64,000 nucleotides of DNA, taken from IMG/VR virus record IMGVR_UViG_3300029305_012101, one strand, 5' to 3'. A program made the translations under genes and the position numbers. Below, piece by piece: positions 56,148 to 64,000 of the stretch. This DNA is from an uncultured virus (IMG/VR IMGVR_UViG_3300029305_012101) (taxonomy: Duplodnaviria; Heunggongvirae; Uroviricota; Caudoviricetes). Below the pieces are notes generated by a model. The model was given only the letters and a program-made list of their open reading frames with translations. It was not told the origin of the DNA and did no database searches. Position 1 is the first letter of the stretch; each line of letters starts with the position of its first letter.

Positions 56148-56837
56148 TTGTCAATCTCTCAAATTAAAATCGGCAGCGATACCCATGACATCGTTGCCGG
56201 CGCCAATATTTACTGCACCTGTGGCACTGCCGCCGCTACAGCGGCGAAAGTAGCAACAGTTGTCGCCGGTAAATTCAGTCTGTTCACCGGCGCCCGGGTT
56301 ATCGTCAAATTCACATATGCCAACAGCGCAGCTACCCCGACATTGAACGTCGGCGGGACTGGTGCTAAGTCGATTATGCGATATGGCTCTACCGCCATTA
56401 GTACCGGAACGACCACCTCCGGATGGAGCGCAGGAGCTATTCAGGCGTTCACTTACGATGGTACAAACTGGGTGCAAGACTACTGGTACAACAGCACCTA
56501 TAGCAACGCCTCTCTGGGTCAGGGCTACGGCACCTGCTCCACTGCTGCAGCAACGACCGCAAAGGTGGTTACATTGAGCAGTTATTCGTTGACTACTGGC
56601 GGCGTGGTTGCCGTTAAGTTCACCTATGCCGTGCCTGCCAATGCAACCATGAATATCAACAGTAAGGGTGCAAAGTCCATTTACCACCGAGGGGCGGCCA
56701 TCACCGCAGGCATTATTAAGGCGGGTGACATTGCAATATTTATCTACAACGGCAGCCAGTATCATCTGCTGGGCATAGATGATATTCCCGTCGTAGCTAC
56801 CACCGACCAGATCGACGAGATCTGGAACAACGCCTGA
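56148..56837 (+). CDS. Fibre protein with duplicated domain
   Basis: Two copies of TC.TAAAT.AKV...L.TG..V.VKFTYA...T.N....GAKSI...F.Y.G. Confidence 0.7.
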   Translation: MSISQIKIGSDTHDIVAGANIYCTCGTAAATAAKVATVVAGKFSLFTGARVIVKFTYANSAATPTLNVGGTGAKSIMRYGSTAISTGTTTSGWSAGAIQAFTYDGTNWVQDYWYNSTYSNASLGQGYGTCSTAAATTAKVVTLSSYSLTTGGVVAVKFTYAVPANATMNINSKGAKSIYHRGAAITAGIIKAGDIAIFIYNGSQYHLLGIDDIPVVATTDQIDEIWNNA

Positions 56838-56857
56838 TTTAGAAAGGAGGCCATACA

Positions 56858-57991
56858 ATGGCACAAACATTTATTGATTTGAACGGCCTGGCCCATGCTT
56901 TCAGCAAGGTTAAGGCGTTGGTTGCCACCAAGGCCAACGCCGATCTCAGTAATGTGGGCAAGGATACTCTTGCCGCTGCGGTGGAGGAGGCCGGCATTAA
57001 GAATTACACTCACCCCACCACCAGCGGCAACAAGCATATCCCCTCTGGCGGTTCTTCCGGCAAAATCCTGAAGTGGTCTGCTGATGGTACAGCAGTCTGG
57101 GGCGATGAAAAAAGCATTACCGTGGACAGCGCTCTTTCCAGCAGCTCCACCAACCCCGTGCAGAACAAGGTGGTCAAGGAAGCTCTGGACGGCAAGATGT
57201 CCAGCGACGGCGGCAATATGGGCGGAGAGCTGGTTTTCAACACTTCCGATGGCGGTGTGCAACTGGCAAACCCGTATGCCAACGGCAGAAAAGGCTACAT
57301 TACCCAGCCTGCAAACGGTGAAATTGAGATCAAAAACCATGTGGGTTCCGGCAACGATTTTACTGCTCTGCAGCTGAAGCCCGAAGGCTACAACGGCGTG
57401 AACTTCCTGCGGGCGCTGCGTATGAGCGGCGGTGTGCAGACAGGCTACGACGTGCTCCACACCGGCAATATCAGAGAACATGCGGCGGAGAAGGAACACG
57501 ACCATACTGCTGCCGATGTAGGCGCCGTGCCCACGGGCGGCGTGGATAAGGATTTTTCCGAATACACTACCTGGGCCGATCTTCTGAGCGCACTGCCCGT
57601 CGGCAGCGTAACAATGGTGCGGATCGCTGAGATCAACGATGAGTTGGTGCCTGCCGAGTGCCCGAACACTTCCTGGGCCAGTTTCGTGATCAGAAAGCCG
57701 AACACTGTCTACCAGACCTGTTCCGTGACGCTGCATGCCTATACTGAGAATGGGCCCCGCGTTTTTGAAGCAATTTTTGCTCAGGGTACTGCTGCAGTAT
57801 CCTGGATGGAAGTCGCGGCTGTAGGCCACACCCAGGCTGCCAGCACCATCACCGCCGGCACCTTCGGCGGTCAGGTGGTAGCCAACGCCTCCAACCAGAC
57901 CCCCGGCACCAGCCTGATCCGCAACACCAAGCTGGTCTCCGCAGACACCACGCCCACCGTCAACGGCGAAATCAACTGGACGTACAAGTAA
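56858..57991 (+). CDS. Tail fibre / receptor-binding protein
   Basis: YTHPTTSGNKHIPSGGSSG, VDSALSSSSTNPVQNKVV. Confidence 0.7.
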   Translation: MAQTFIDLNGLAHAFSKVKALVATKANADLSNVGKDTLAAAVEEAGIKNYTHPTTSGNKHIPSGGSSGKILKWSADGTAVWGDEKSITVDSALSSSSTNPVQNKVVKEALDGKMSSDGGNMGGELVFNTSDGGVQLANPYANGRKGYITQPANGEIEIKNHVGSGNDFTALQLKPEGYNGVNFLRALRMSGGVQTGYDVLHTGNIREHAAEKEHDHTAADVGAVPTGGVDKDFSEYTTWADLLSALPVGSVTMVRIAEINDELVPAECPNTSWASFVIRKPNTVYQTCSVTLHAYTENGPRVFEAIFAQGTAAVSWMEVAAVGHTQAASTITAGTFGGQVVANASNQTPGTSLIRNTKLVSADTTPTVNGEINWTYK

Positions 57992-58005
57992 GGAGGTGCT
58001 GATCT

Positions 58006-58491
58006 ATGGCACATGGAACATTGATCGGCGGCACCGCTTATGAGATCAGCGGAGGCAGAACGCTGGTGGGCGGCACCGGGTACAGCATCGACAAGGGCAA
58101 GACTCTGGTGGATGGGACTGGGTATGAGGTGCCATTTGTAGAAAATGTGCAGTTAAGGCTCGAATTTACAGCAGGAAAAGATAATGACAGATATCGCTAT
58201 GTTGAGGTCAATGGGTCCAAATATTACACTGGAACAATTACCTTGGACGTGCCGGTAGGAACAAGTGTGTATATCTATAACCAAACCGGAGATAGGCACA
58301 CAACGTATCTGGACTATGACGATGAAGAGTGCAATTACTATCCCAAAATTTATGATCGGATTAACGGGATAACGTTGGATTACGAATTCGGGTATACTTT
58401 TGCAATAACAGTTTCTGCTAATATTTTTTGGAAATTTGAAGACAGAGCCCCGTACCAGTGTTACTGTAACGTCAATATCATACCAATTTAA
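58006..58491 (+). CDS. Fibre-tip protein with AT-rich variable C-terminus
   Basis: Three TL(I/V)xGTxY repeats then abrupt GC drop after about 58140. Confidence 0.6.
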   Translation: MAHGTLIGGTAYEISGGRTLVGGTGYSIDKGKTLVDGTGYEVPFVENVQLRLEFTAGKDNDRYRYVEVNGSKYYTGTITLDVPVGTSVYIYNQTGDRHTTYLDYDDEECNYYPKIYDRINGITLDYEFGYTFAITVSANIFWKFEDRAPYQCYCNVNIIPI

Positions 58492-58509
58492 GATTTACAG
58501 GAGGATAAT

Positions 58510-58869
58510 ATGACCTATATCAAAATCGATGAAAAACTGATCCCCGCAGAGATCAGTGGGTTCATGACCGACCGGGCATGGGATAACCGGGAAAGCAAGG
58601 CCATCACTCTGGAAATGTCCCACGCCGAAGCGAACGAGCTGTTTGTTGACGGTCTGCCCTGGAGCATCGTCATGGATGTGGAGAAGGAGCGGGAGACCGT
58701 GCAGGAGGATGGTACGGTGGTGACTGAGATCGTCACCACCCAGGAGGAGTACGACAACTCCGAGTTCTGCGTGGCCGGTGACATCACCGACCACCGCGAC
58801 GGCACTCTGACCGTCAAGATGGGCAAGTTCACCGTTGAGGAAATGCTGCTTATGGAGGTGCTGGCATGA
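58510..58869 (+). CDS. Hypothetical tail-associated protein
   Basis: YDNSEFCVAGDITDHRDGTLTVKMGK. Confidence 0.65.
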   Translation: MTYIKIDEKLIPAEISGFMTDRAWDNRESKAITLEMSHAEANELFVDGLPWSIVMDVEKERETVQEDGTVVTEIVTTQEEYDNSEFCVAGDITDHRDGTLTVKMGKFTVEEMLLMEVLA

Positions 58870-59003
58870 AGGTAAGCAAGAATTCTATCCGCATCCTGTA
58901 TCGTGCAGGCAAGATCACCATCGAGGGCGTGAAGCAGGCCGTCGAGCGCGGCTGGATCACCGCTGAGGACTTCGAGGCCATCACCGGTGAGGTGTTTCGC
59001 TGA
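58866..59003 (+). CDS. XkdX-like small protein (not in ORF track)
   Basis: LYRAG...VKQAVERGWITAEDFEAITGE. Confidence 0.75.
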   Translation: MKVSKNSIRILYRAGKITIEGVKQAVERGWITAEDFEAITGEVFR

Positions 59004-59103
59004 TCCAGCGATAAAAGGGGGCGTATCGCTTTGATGCCATACCCCCCTTTTCCCACATTCCCCTAACAAAAACACTGCCAATGCGGCAGAAAGGCGTTTT
59101 ATT

Positions 59104-59736
59104 ATGGAATATATTGAATACCTGGGTCTGCCTGCAACGGTGGTGATATGCCTGGCCGCGGCGTATCTGGTCATGAATCTGGTCGGAGAGCTGCTGGAAT
59201 TCAAGGGCAAGGTGGTGCCGGAGTTTTTGAAGATCCGCAAGTATTTTGCCCGGAAGCGGCAGGAGCGGGAGACCCTGGCAGAGGTGCAGAAGACCCTGGC
59301 GGACGCGAAGGCGACGCTGGAGGCGGTGAAGGTCCAGCTTCTGGAGGTCAACACCCACTACAGCACCGACAACATCACCATGCGGGACAACTGGATGCAC
59401 GACGTAGACGACCGGCAATCCAAGGACCACGCATGGATCGAGCGGCTGGATAAGAAGCTGGACAAGATCGGCGACGACACCATGGCCATACTGATCGAAA
59501 ACAAGCGGAGTGAGATCATCGGTTTTGCTTCCTATGTGATCGACGACAAGGCCCCAGCCACCCGTGAGCAGTTCCGCCGGATCTTCAGGACCCACAAGGA
59601 CTATGAGACCATCATCAAAGAAAATGGCCTGACCAACGGCGAGGTGGACACCGCGCTGCGGATCATCCAGGAGTCATACGAGCAGCACATGCGTAATCAC
59701 TCCTTCGTGGAGGACGTGCGCGGATACGGCGCATAA
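59104..59736 (+). CDS. Membrane-anchored lysis-region protein
   Basis: N-terminal TM, coiled coil, NGEVD motif. Confidence 0.6.
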   Translation: MEYIEYLGLPATVVICLAAAYLVMNLVGELLEFKGKVVPEFLKIRKYFARKRQERETLAEVQKTLADAKATLEAVKVQLLEVNTHYSTDNITMRDNWMHDVDDRQSKDHAWIERLDKKLDKIGDDTMAILIENKRSEIIGFASYVIDDKAPATREQFRRIFRTHKDYETIIKENGLTNGEVDTALRIIQESYEQHMRNHSFVEDVRGYGA

Positions 59737-59747
59737 GGAGGAAGGCC

Positions 59748-60041
59748 ATGAGATCGAAGCCGATGGAGACCAGCAAGAAGATCCTGGCCGGCAGCTGGGC
59801 GGCAGCCCTGACGCTGACGGCCATCGTGATCGTGGGCACCTTCCTTCAGGTGGACGTGACCAACCTGACCATTCTGGCCGGGGCGGCCTGGACGGAGCTG
59901 ACCGCCGCCCATGGCTTCTACTACTGGAAAGCCAAGAACGAAAACCGGTCCAAGGGCATTCAAACGCTCTTGACAGATATGGCGGGAAAATACGGCATCG
60001 ACGCCGTTGCCCGCATTGCAGAATTGATTTTTAAGGAGTGA
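59748..60041 (+). CDS. Holin-like two-TM protein
   Basis: METSKKIL...GFYYWKAKNEN. Confidence 0.6.
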   Translation: MRSKPMETSKKILAGSWAAALTLTAIVIVGTFLQVDVTNLTILAGAAWTELTAAHGFYYWKAKNENRSKGIQTLLTDMAGKYGIDAVARIAELIFKE

Positions 60042-60349
60042 AGACCATGGAACTGATTCTGGATTGTCTCGCCGAGATCGCTGGCCTTCTGGTCGGCGCA
60101 TGCGTCGTGTACCTGGCCAAGGTGGCCGGCGGCTACATCAAAGAGCAGCGGCTGCAGAAGTTCATCAACTCCCTGGTGAAAGCCGCGGAGCAGCTGTACG
60201 ACAAGGAGATCGACGACACCGGCGAGATCCGCCTGGCCTACGTCGAGTCCATGGTGGAGGACGCCGGCTACAAGCTGACCTCCGCCGTCAGAGCCTACAT
60301 CGAAAGCAAGGTCTACGACCTGAACTACGCGCAGAAGAAAAACAACTGA
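60038..60349 (+). CDS. Holin (LL-H-like)
   Basis: TM helix, LVKAAEQLY...IESKV. Confidence 0.7.
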   Translation: MKTMELILDCLAEIAGLLVGACVVYLAKVAGGYIKEQRLQKFINSLVKAAEQLYDKEIDDTGEIRLAYVESMVEDAGYKLTSAVRAYIESKVYDLNYAQKKNN

Positions 60350-60363
60350 GAGGATGATCCCGC

Positions 60364-61128
60364 ATGACAGAACAGCAGCTTAGACAGAAAGTAGTATCTA
60401 TTATGGAGGGCTGGCTGGGATGTAAGGAGTCCGATGGGAGCCATCGGAAGATCATTGATACATACAACGCCCACACGCCCCGGGCCCGCGGCTACAAGGT
60501 GACATACACCGACGCATGGTGCGCCACGGCCGTCTCCGCCGCCTTCATCAAGGCGGATATGGTGGACATCGGGCCGGCAGAGTGCAGCTGCAGCAAGATG
60601 ATCGATCTGTACAAGAAGAAGGGTCGGTGGCAGGAACACGATGGTTACAAGCCGCAGGCCGGCGACGTGATCTTCTACGACTGGGACGACCTGGGCGTCG
60701 GGGAATGCACCGGAGCGCCGGAGCACGTCGGCATCGTTGCCTCCGTGAGCGGCAGCACCATGAAGATCATCGAGGGCAACCTGAGCAACGCGGTGGGCTA
60801 CCGCAATCTGGCCATCAACGGCCGATTCATCCGGGGCTACGGCCTGCCGGACTACGCCAGCAAGGTGATCGCCCCCAACAACCCCGCTGCCAAGGCGGAC
60901 CCCGCACGATCCTTCGAGCGCGCCTACGCCAAGACCTACACGGTGACGGCATCCGCGCTCAACCTACGCATGGGCGCCAGCACCAAGAAGAGCATCATCA
61001 AAGCCCTCCCCAACGGCAGCAAAGTGACATGCTACGGCTACTACACCAAGACCGGAGAGACCACATGGCTGTTGGTGAAGGACAGCACCGGAACCGTCGG
61101 GTTCTGCTCAAAGAAATATCTGAAGTAA
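60364..61128 (+). CDS. Endolysin, CHAP + SH3
   Basis: AWCATAVS, GDVIFYDW, HVGIV, IEGN; ALNLRMGAS SH3b. Confidence 0.9.
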   Translation: MTEQQLRQKVVSIMEGWLGCKESDGSHRKIIDTYNAHTPRARGYKVTYTDAWCATAVSAAFIKADMVDIGPAECSCSKMIDLYKKKGRWQEHDGYKPQAGDVIFYDWDDLGVGECTGAPEHVGIVASVSGSTMKIIEGNLSNAVGYRNLAINGRFIRGYGLPDYASKVIAPNNPAAKADPARSFERAYAKTYTVTASALNLRMGASTKKSIIKALPNGSKVTCYGYYTKTGETTWLLVKDSTGTVGFCSKKYLK

Positions 61129-61129
61129 T

Positions 61130-61162
61130 AAAAACGCCCCGGGCTCAGGCCTGGGGCGTTTT
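61130..61162. terminator. Bidirectional terminator
   Basis: AAAACGCCCCGGGC-TCAG-GCCTGGGGCGTTTT. Confidence 0.75.
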
Positions 61163-61369
61163 GTCGTCTTCGGGGATGTATTCAAAAATGTCTCCGGGCT
61201 GGCAGTTGAGGGCGGCGCAGATCTTATTCATGTCTTCTATTTTGATCCGCAATGTTTTTCCCATGTTCATGGCGGACAGCGTTGGCTGCCGGATGCCGGT
61301 GATGCTGACCAGCTCCTTCTGGGTGACGCCCTTCTCTTTGAGCAGGGCTTTCAGCTTAATCTTTATCAT
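61145..61369 (-). CDS. Cro/C1-type HTH (HTH_26-like) regulator
   Basis: TQKELVSITGIRQPTLSAM...KICAALNCQPGDIFEY. Confidence 0.85.
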   Translation of the reverse strand: MIKIKLKALLKEKGVTQKELVSITGIRQPTLSAMNMGKTLRIKIEDMNKICAALNCQPGDIFEYIPEDDKTPQA

Positions 61370-61454
61370 AGCAAATACCTCCTGTTGGTTGGGATTATAC
61401 TACCGCTGCCGTATTTTGTCAACATGGATCTGCACCATGGTGAGGCGTAAATTT

Positions 61455-61508
61455 ACTACGGTAAAAGTAGTTTTATCTATTGACAAACTACGCTAGGAGT
61501 AGTATTAT
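61455..61508 (+). promoter_or_regulatory. SigmaA promoter with two ACTAC-N7-GTAGT operators
   Basis: TTGACA(61480)-17 nt-TATTAT(61503); palindromes at 61455-61471 and 61487-61503. Confidence 0.75.
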
Positions 61509-61670
61509 AATAGTGCAGGGAGGAGTTGATCTCCCAGCCGCCCGCCTGCCGGGGCGTAGAGTCCGGCAGGGGCCAACCTCCCGGGCCGACACGGAGAGCG
61601 GCCGCCTGACAAGGGCTGGAACGGTTTACGGAGGAGCGATCCTCACGACGATATATGGGAGGAATTGATT

Positions 61671-62807
61671 ATGACTAACAGTATCAAGTTTTTCTGGAAC
61701 GGCATTCGTGTCAACGGTGAAAAGAGCCTGATCAAGGTGAGCTACAGCCTGGACAACCACCGGGATCACGCTGAGTGCGTGACCATCTACGCCGATGGCT
61801 ACGGCAGCCGGCTGCCCCGGGACGTCTTCGAGGTCCACAATGAGACCGACCTCTACACCGACTACTTCGAAAACGACAGAGCGGTTCTGACTCCCGCCCA
61901 TCCCCTTTACAAGTACGCCCGGTATGCTGCGGTGAAGGCCAAGATCCACGACCTGAAGGGCTACATCAAGTACAAAACGTATTATATGGAGAAAAATCCT
62001 CAGATGGCCGCCAGATACAATTATGCTGACGAGATCAACCGCAGCATGAAGGAGCTGGCTGAGCTGGAAGCCATCAAAAATCCCGGCCATCCCACTGCCG
62101 AGGATCTGGCTGAGATCGCCCGGGTCCGCATGGAGGCTGAGAACGCCCGGATTGCTGCCGAGCATGAGGCTGAGCTGAAGGCCCGCGAGGAGCGCCAGCG
62201 GAAGCAGAATGAGGGCCGCCGCTTCATCGAGAAGGTTGCCCAGGAGCACCCGATCTGCGAGGGTGAGCCCGTCGTGACCATCAACTGGAGCGAGCATCCC
62301 GCCTTCTACAGCTGGGAGGATGGCGAACTGAAGCTGTCTGTGGCCGCTGCTGAGATCATCCTGACCCACTTTGACAAGGAAGTCCACGCGGATGGGGACC
62401 GCGGCTACGACAAGACCTCTTTCACCATCGAGTTTGTGAACGAGGACGGCGAGCAGGACACCTACGAGGGGCGCTATGATCTGGGCGACAACGATGGCGG
62501 CATGATCGAGCACATCCGCGCCTGGGGCCGTTTCCTCCTTGAAAAAGGCAGCTACGGCAACGGCAAGCCCACCGAGGACGACATCGAGACCGGCCGGGCG
62601 ATCATCCGTTTCGCCGACTTCCTGGCCCGTCACGCCGATGTGGACTCCATGAGCGACGAGGATCTGATGGTGGAGGTGCTGAAGATCAGCCCGAACGACA
62701 TCACGAGGAGACCTCTGGCTGAGTTTTACATCACGGTTCTGTCCCGCCGGGACATCCGGCTGGCCAGGGAGGCATACAGAATGTGGAAGAAGGAGGCGCT
62801 GGCATGA
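61671..62807 (+). CDS. Protein with LPD25-like (large polyvalent protein-associated) domain
   Basis: VTINWSE...GYDKTSFTI...YEGRYDLGDNDGGMIEHI. Confidence 0.7.
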   Translation: MTNSIKFFWNGIRVNGEKSLIKVSYSLDNHRDHAECVTIYADGYGSRLPRDVFEVHNETDLYTDYFENDRAVLTPAHPLYKYARYAAVKAKIHDLKGYIKYKTYYMEKNPQMAARYNYADEINRSMKELAELEAIKNPGHPTAEDLAEIARVRMEAENARIAAEHEAELKAREERQRKQNEGRRFIEKVAQEHPICEGEPVVTINWSEHPAFYSWEDGELKLSVAAAEIILTHFDKEVHADGDRGYDKTSFTIEFVNEDGEQDTYEGRYDLGDNDGGMIEHIRAWGRFLLEKGSYGNGKPTEDDIETGRAIIRFADFLARHADVDSMSDEDLMVEVLKISPNDITRRPLAEFYITVLSRRDIRLAREAYRMWKKEALA

Positions 62808-63223
62808 AGATCTACAAGAAAGCGGAATGGGAGCGGGAGCAGTACAAGGGACGATGGGAGCCTTCTCCCTTCCTCCTGGACCGTGTAGAGGCGGGGGAAG
62901 TCCCCGCCGGCTACATCGGCCGCCGGAACGTCATGGTGGGCGGAGAGCACGGCGCGACGCTGCTGACTGAGGGAGTCCACTTCCTGGTGGAGGGTGAGTA
63001 CGACCAGCTCCCCCACCTGGAAAAGGCCAACGCCATGGAGGGCGCCTGCTACAGTTTCGCCGGCGGCTACATCCAGGTGACGAAGCTGTGGCGCCTGAGC
63101 GAGGAAGAGGCGAAGAGAGAGGATCTGTACTATCTGGATCGGGTCAGCTTTATGCAGTACGCCAAGTGGGGCACCATTCCCGGCGGCTGCGCCCTGGTTG
63201 GCAGCGATGTCCGGGAAGGTTGA
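62804..63223 (+). CDS. Hypothetical protein
   Basis: AAGGAGG RBS, coupled. Confidence 0.6.
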   Translation: MKIYKKAEWEREQYKGRWEPSPFLLDRVEAGEVPAGYIGRRNVMVGGEHGATLLTEGVHFLVEGEYDQLPHLEKANAMEGACYSFAGGYIQVTKLWRLSEEEAKREDLYYLDRVSFMQYAKWGTIPGGCALVGSDVREG

Positions 63224-63249
63224 GAAACTACAAAACAGGAGGAATTGCC

Positions 63250-63879
63250 ATGAATGCTGAGACAATGCTGAAAAAGATTCACCAGATCGCTGATCTGTAC
63301 CATCCTGAGATCGCAGAAACACCTGAATTTCAGGATCTGGCCCAAAATTTGCGCGAGGAGATCGCGCTGGCCGAGCAGAAGAAGACCGGGAAGGCGGATC
63401 GCTTCAAGGCAGCCCTCCGCCTCTCCAAGTGGGTCAATCGGGAGTTCCGGGCCACCCGCCCGGCCATGGCCGGCGCATACACCGACGCCCATGGCGCCCA
63501 GTGGATCTTCCACTCCTACATCGGCGTCCGCTATGACAAGCCCTATGACGGCCTGGTGGAGGCCGAGGAGGGTATGCGGCCCGCCAATGCGGAGCAGATC
63601 ATGTCCACCTATGACAGCCTCCGTCCGGTGAGTTTGCCGGATGTGGGAGTGTTGAAAACCAAGCTGAAGCTGGACAAGGCCCAGGGCGATGTGGATGATC
63701 GCGGCCGGAGCTACACCAAACTGGACGGCGTCTACTTCGACACCGATCTGCTGATCAAGCTGATGGAGTCCGTGGAGCCCACAGAGGCCTACTTCTCCAG
63801 CAAGGGGGATCACCCGATGCTGGTGGCCATGGGTGAAGGATCCCGCGGCGTGGTTTGCCCGATCCGGGTGAATGGGTAA
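63250..63879 (+). CDS. Hypothetical protein, possibly sliding-clamp-like fold
   Basis: C-terminus YFDTDLL...PMLV....GVVCPIRV resembles beta-clamp domain ends. Confidence 0.45.
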   Translation: MNAETMLKKIHQIADLYHPEIAETPEFQDLAQNLREEIALAEQKKTGKADRFKAALRLSKWVNREFRATRPAMAGAYTDAHGAQWIFHSYIGVRYDKPYDGLVEAEEGMRPANAEQIMSTYDSLRPVSLPDVGVLKTKLKLDKAQGDVDDRGRSYTKLDGVYFDTDLLIKLMESVEPTEAYFSSKGDHPMLVAMGEGSRGVVCPIRVNG

Positions 63880-63888
63880 GGAGGAAGA

Positions 63889-64000
63889 ATGGCGAAAAGA
63901 GTGCAAGAAACAGCCCGCCCGTTTACGAAGAAGATCCTGTCTCTGACCGGGCGGTTCCCGATCTGGGAGATCTGGTCCGACTTCATCTATATGACGGCCG
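63889..64000 (+). CDS. Partial gene, possibly N6-adenine methylase family
   Basis: TAAGGAGG RBS; LTGRFPIWEIWSDFIYMTA, truncated by window end. Confidence 0.4.
   Translation, partial: MAKRVQETARPFTKKILSLTGRFPIWEIWSDFIYMTA

Noticed and set aside
58006..58491. Possible diversity-generating retroelement target
   Set aside because: No reverse transcriptase and no template/variable repeat pair seen in the window.
60516..61496. 326-aa alternative-frame ORF over the endolysin (spanin-like overprint)
   Set aside because: Arg/Gln-rich frame artefact, no lipobox or TM, and it crosses a terminator.
1..64000. Integrase, att sites or host genes
   Set aside because: None recognisable; the window starts at the repressor stop and ends inside a phage-like gene, so prophage versus free phage cannot be decided.

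Overview
The whole window is a temperate, contractile-tailed (PBSX/XkdK-like myovirus) phage or prophage of a high-GC Bacillota host. The host is probably a clostridial gut bacterium, inferred from AGGAGG RBSs, sigmaA promoters and a CHAP-SH3 endolysin. Gene order: repressor/cro switch; early and replication genes (split C5 methyltransferase, initiator with iterons, loader, recombination, ssb, thyX, dCMP deaminase); Tad1 anti-Thoeris sponge; tRNA/tRNA-like cluster; terminase, portal and MuF; an inserted accessory island; a 7.8-kb cargo locus; capsid, neck, contractile tail, baseplate and fibres; lysis; and a second accessory island. No integrase lies in the window. The standout feature is 27.0-34.9 kb. 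Four ORFs there contain seven copies of a K-x-N-x-x-H-D-x(2-3)-G-R-F tag, usually preceded by an F-x-E-I-x-K motif also found in the scaffold. Each tag heads a different effector domain: three ADP-ribosyltransferases, a polyvalent-protein domain, a RelA/SpoT-type synthetase, an unknown domain and a zincin. The XkdF-like prohead protease sits inside one of these polyproteins, and immunity-like genes follow several effectors. I infer a protease-processed, capsid-loaded, interchangeable effector system. All product calls are from motif recognition by eye; no database searches were run.
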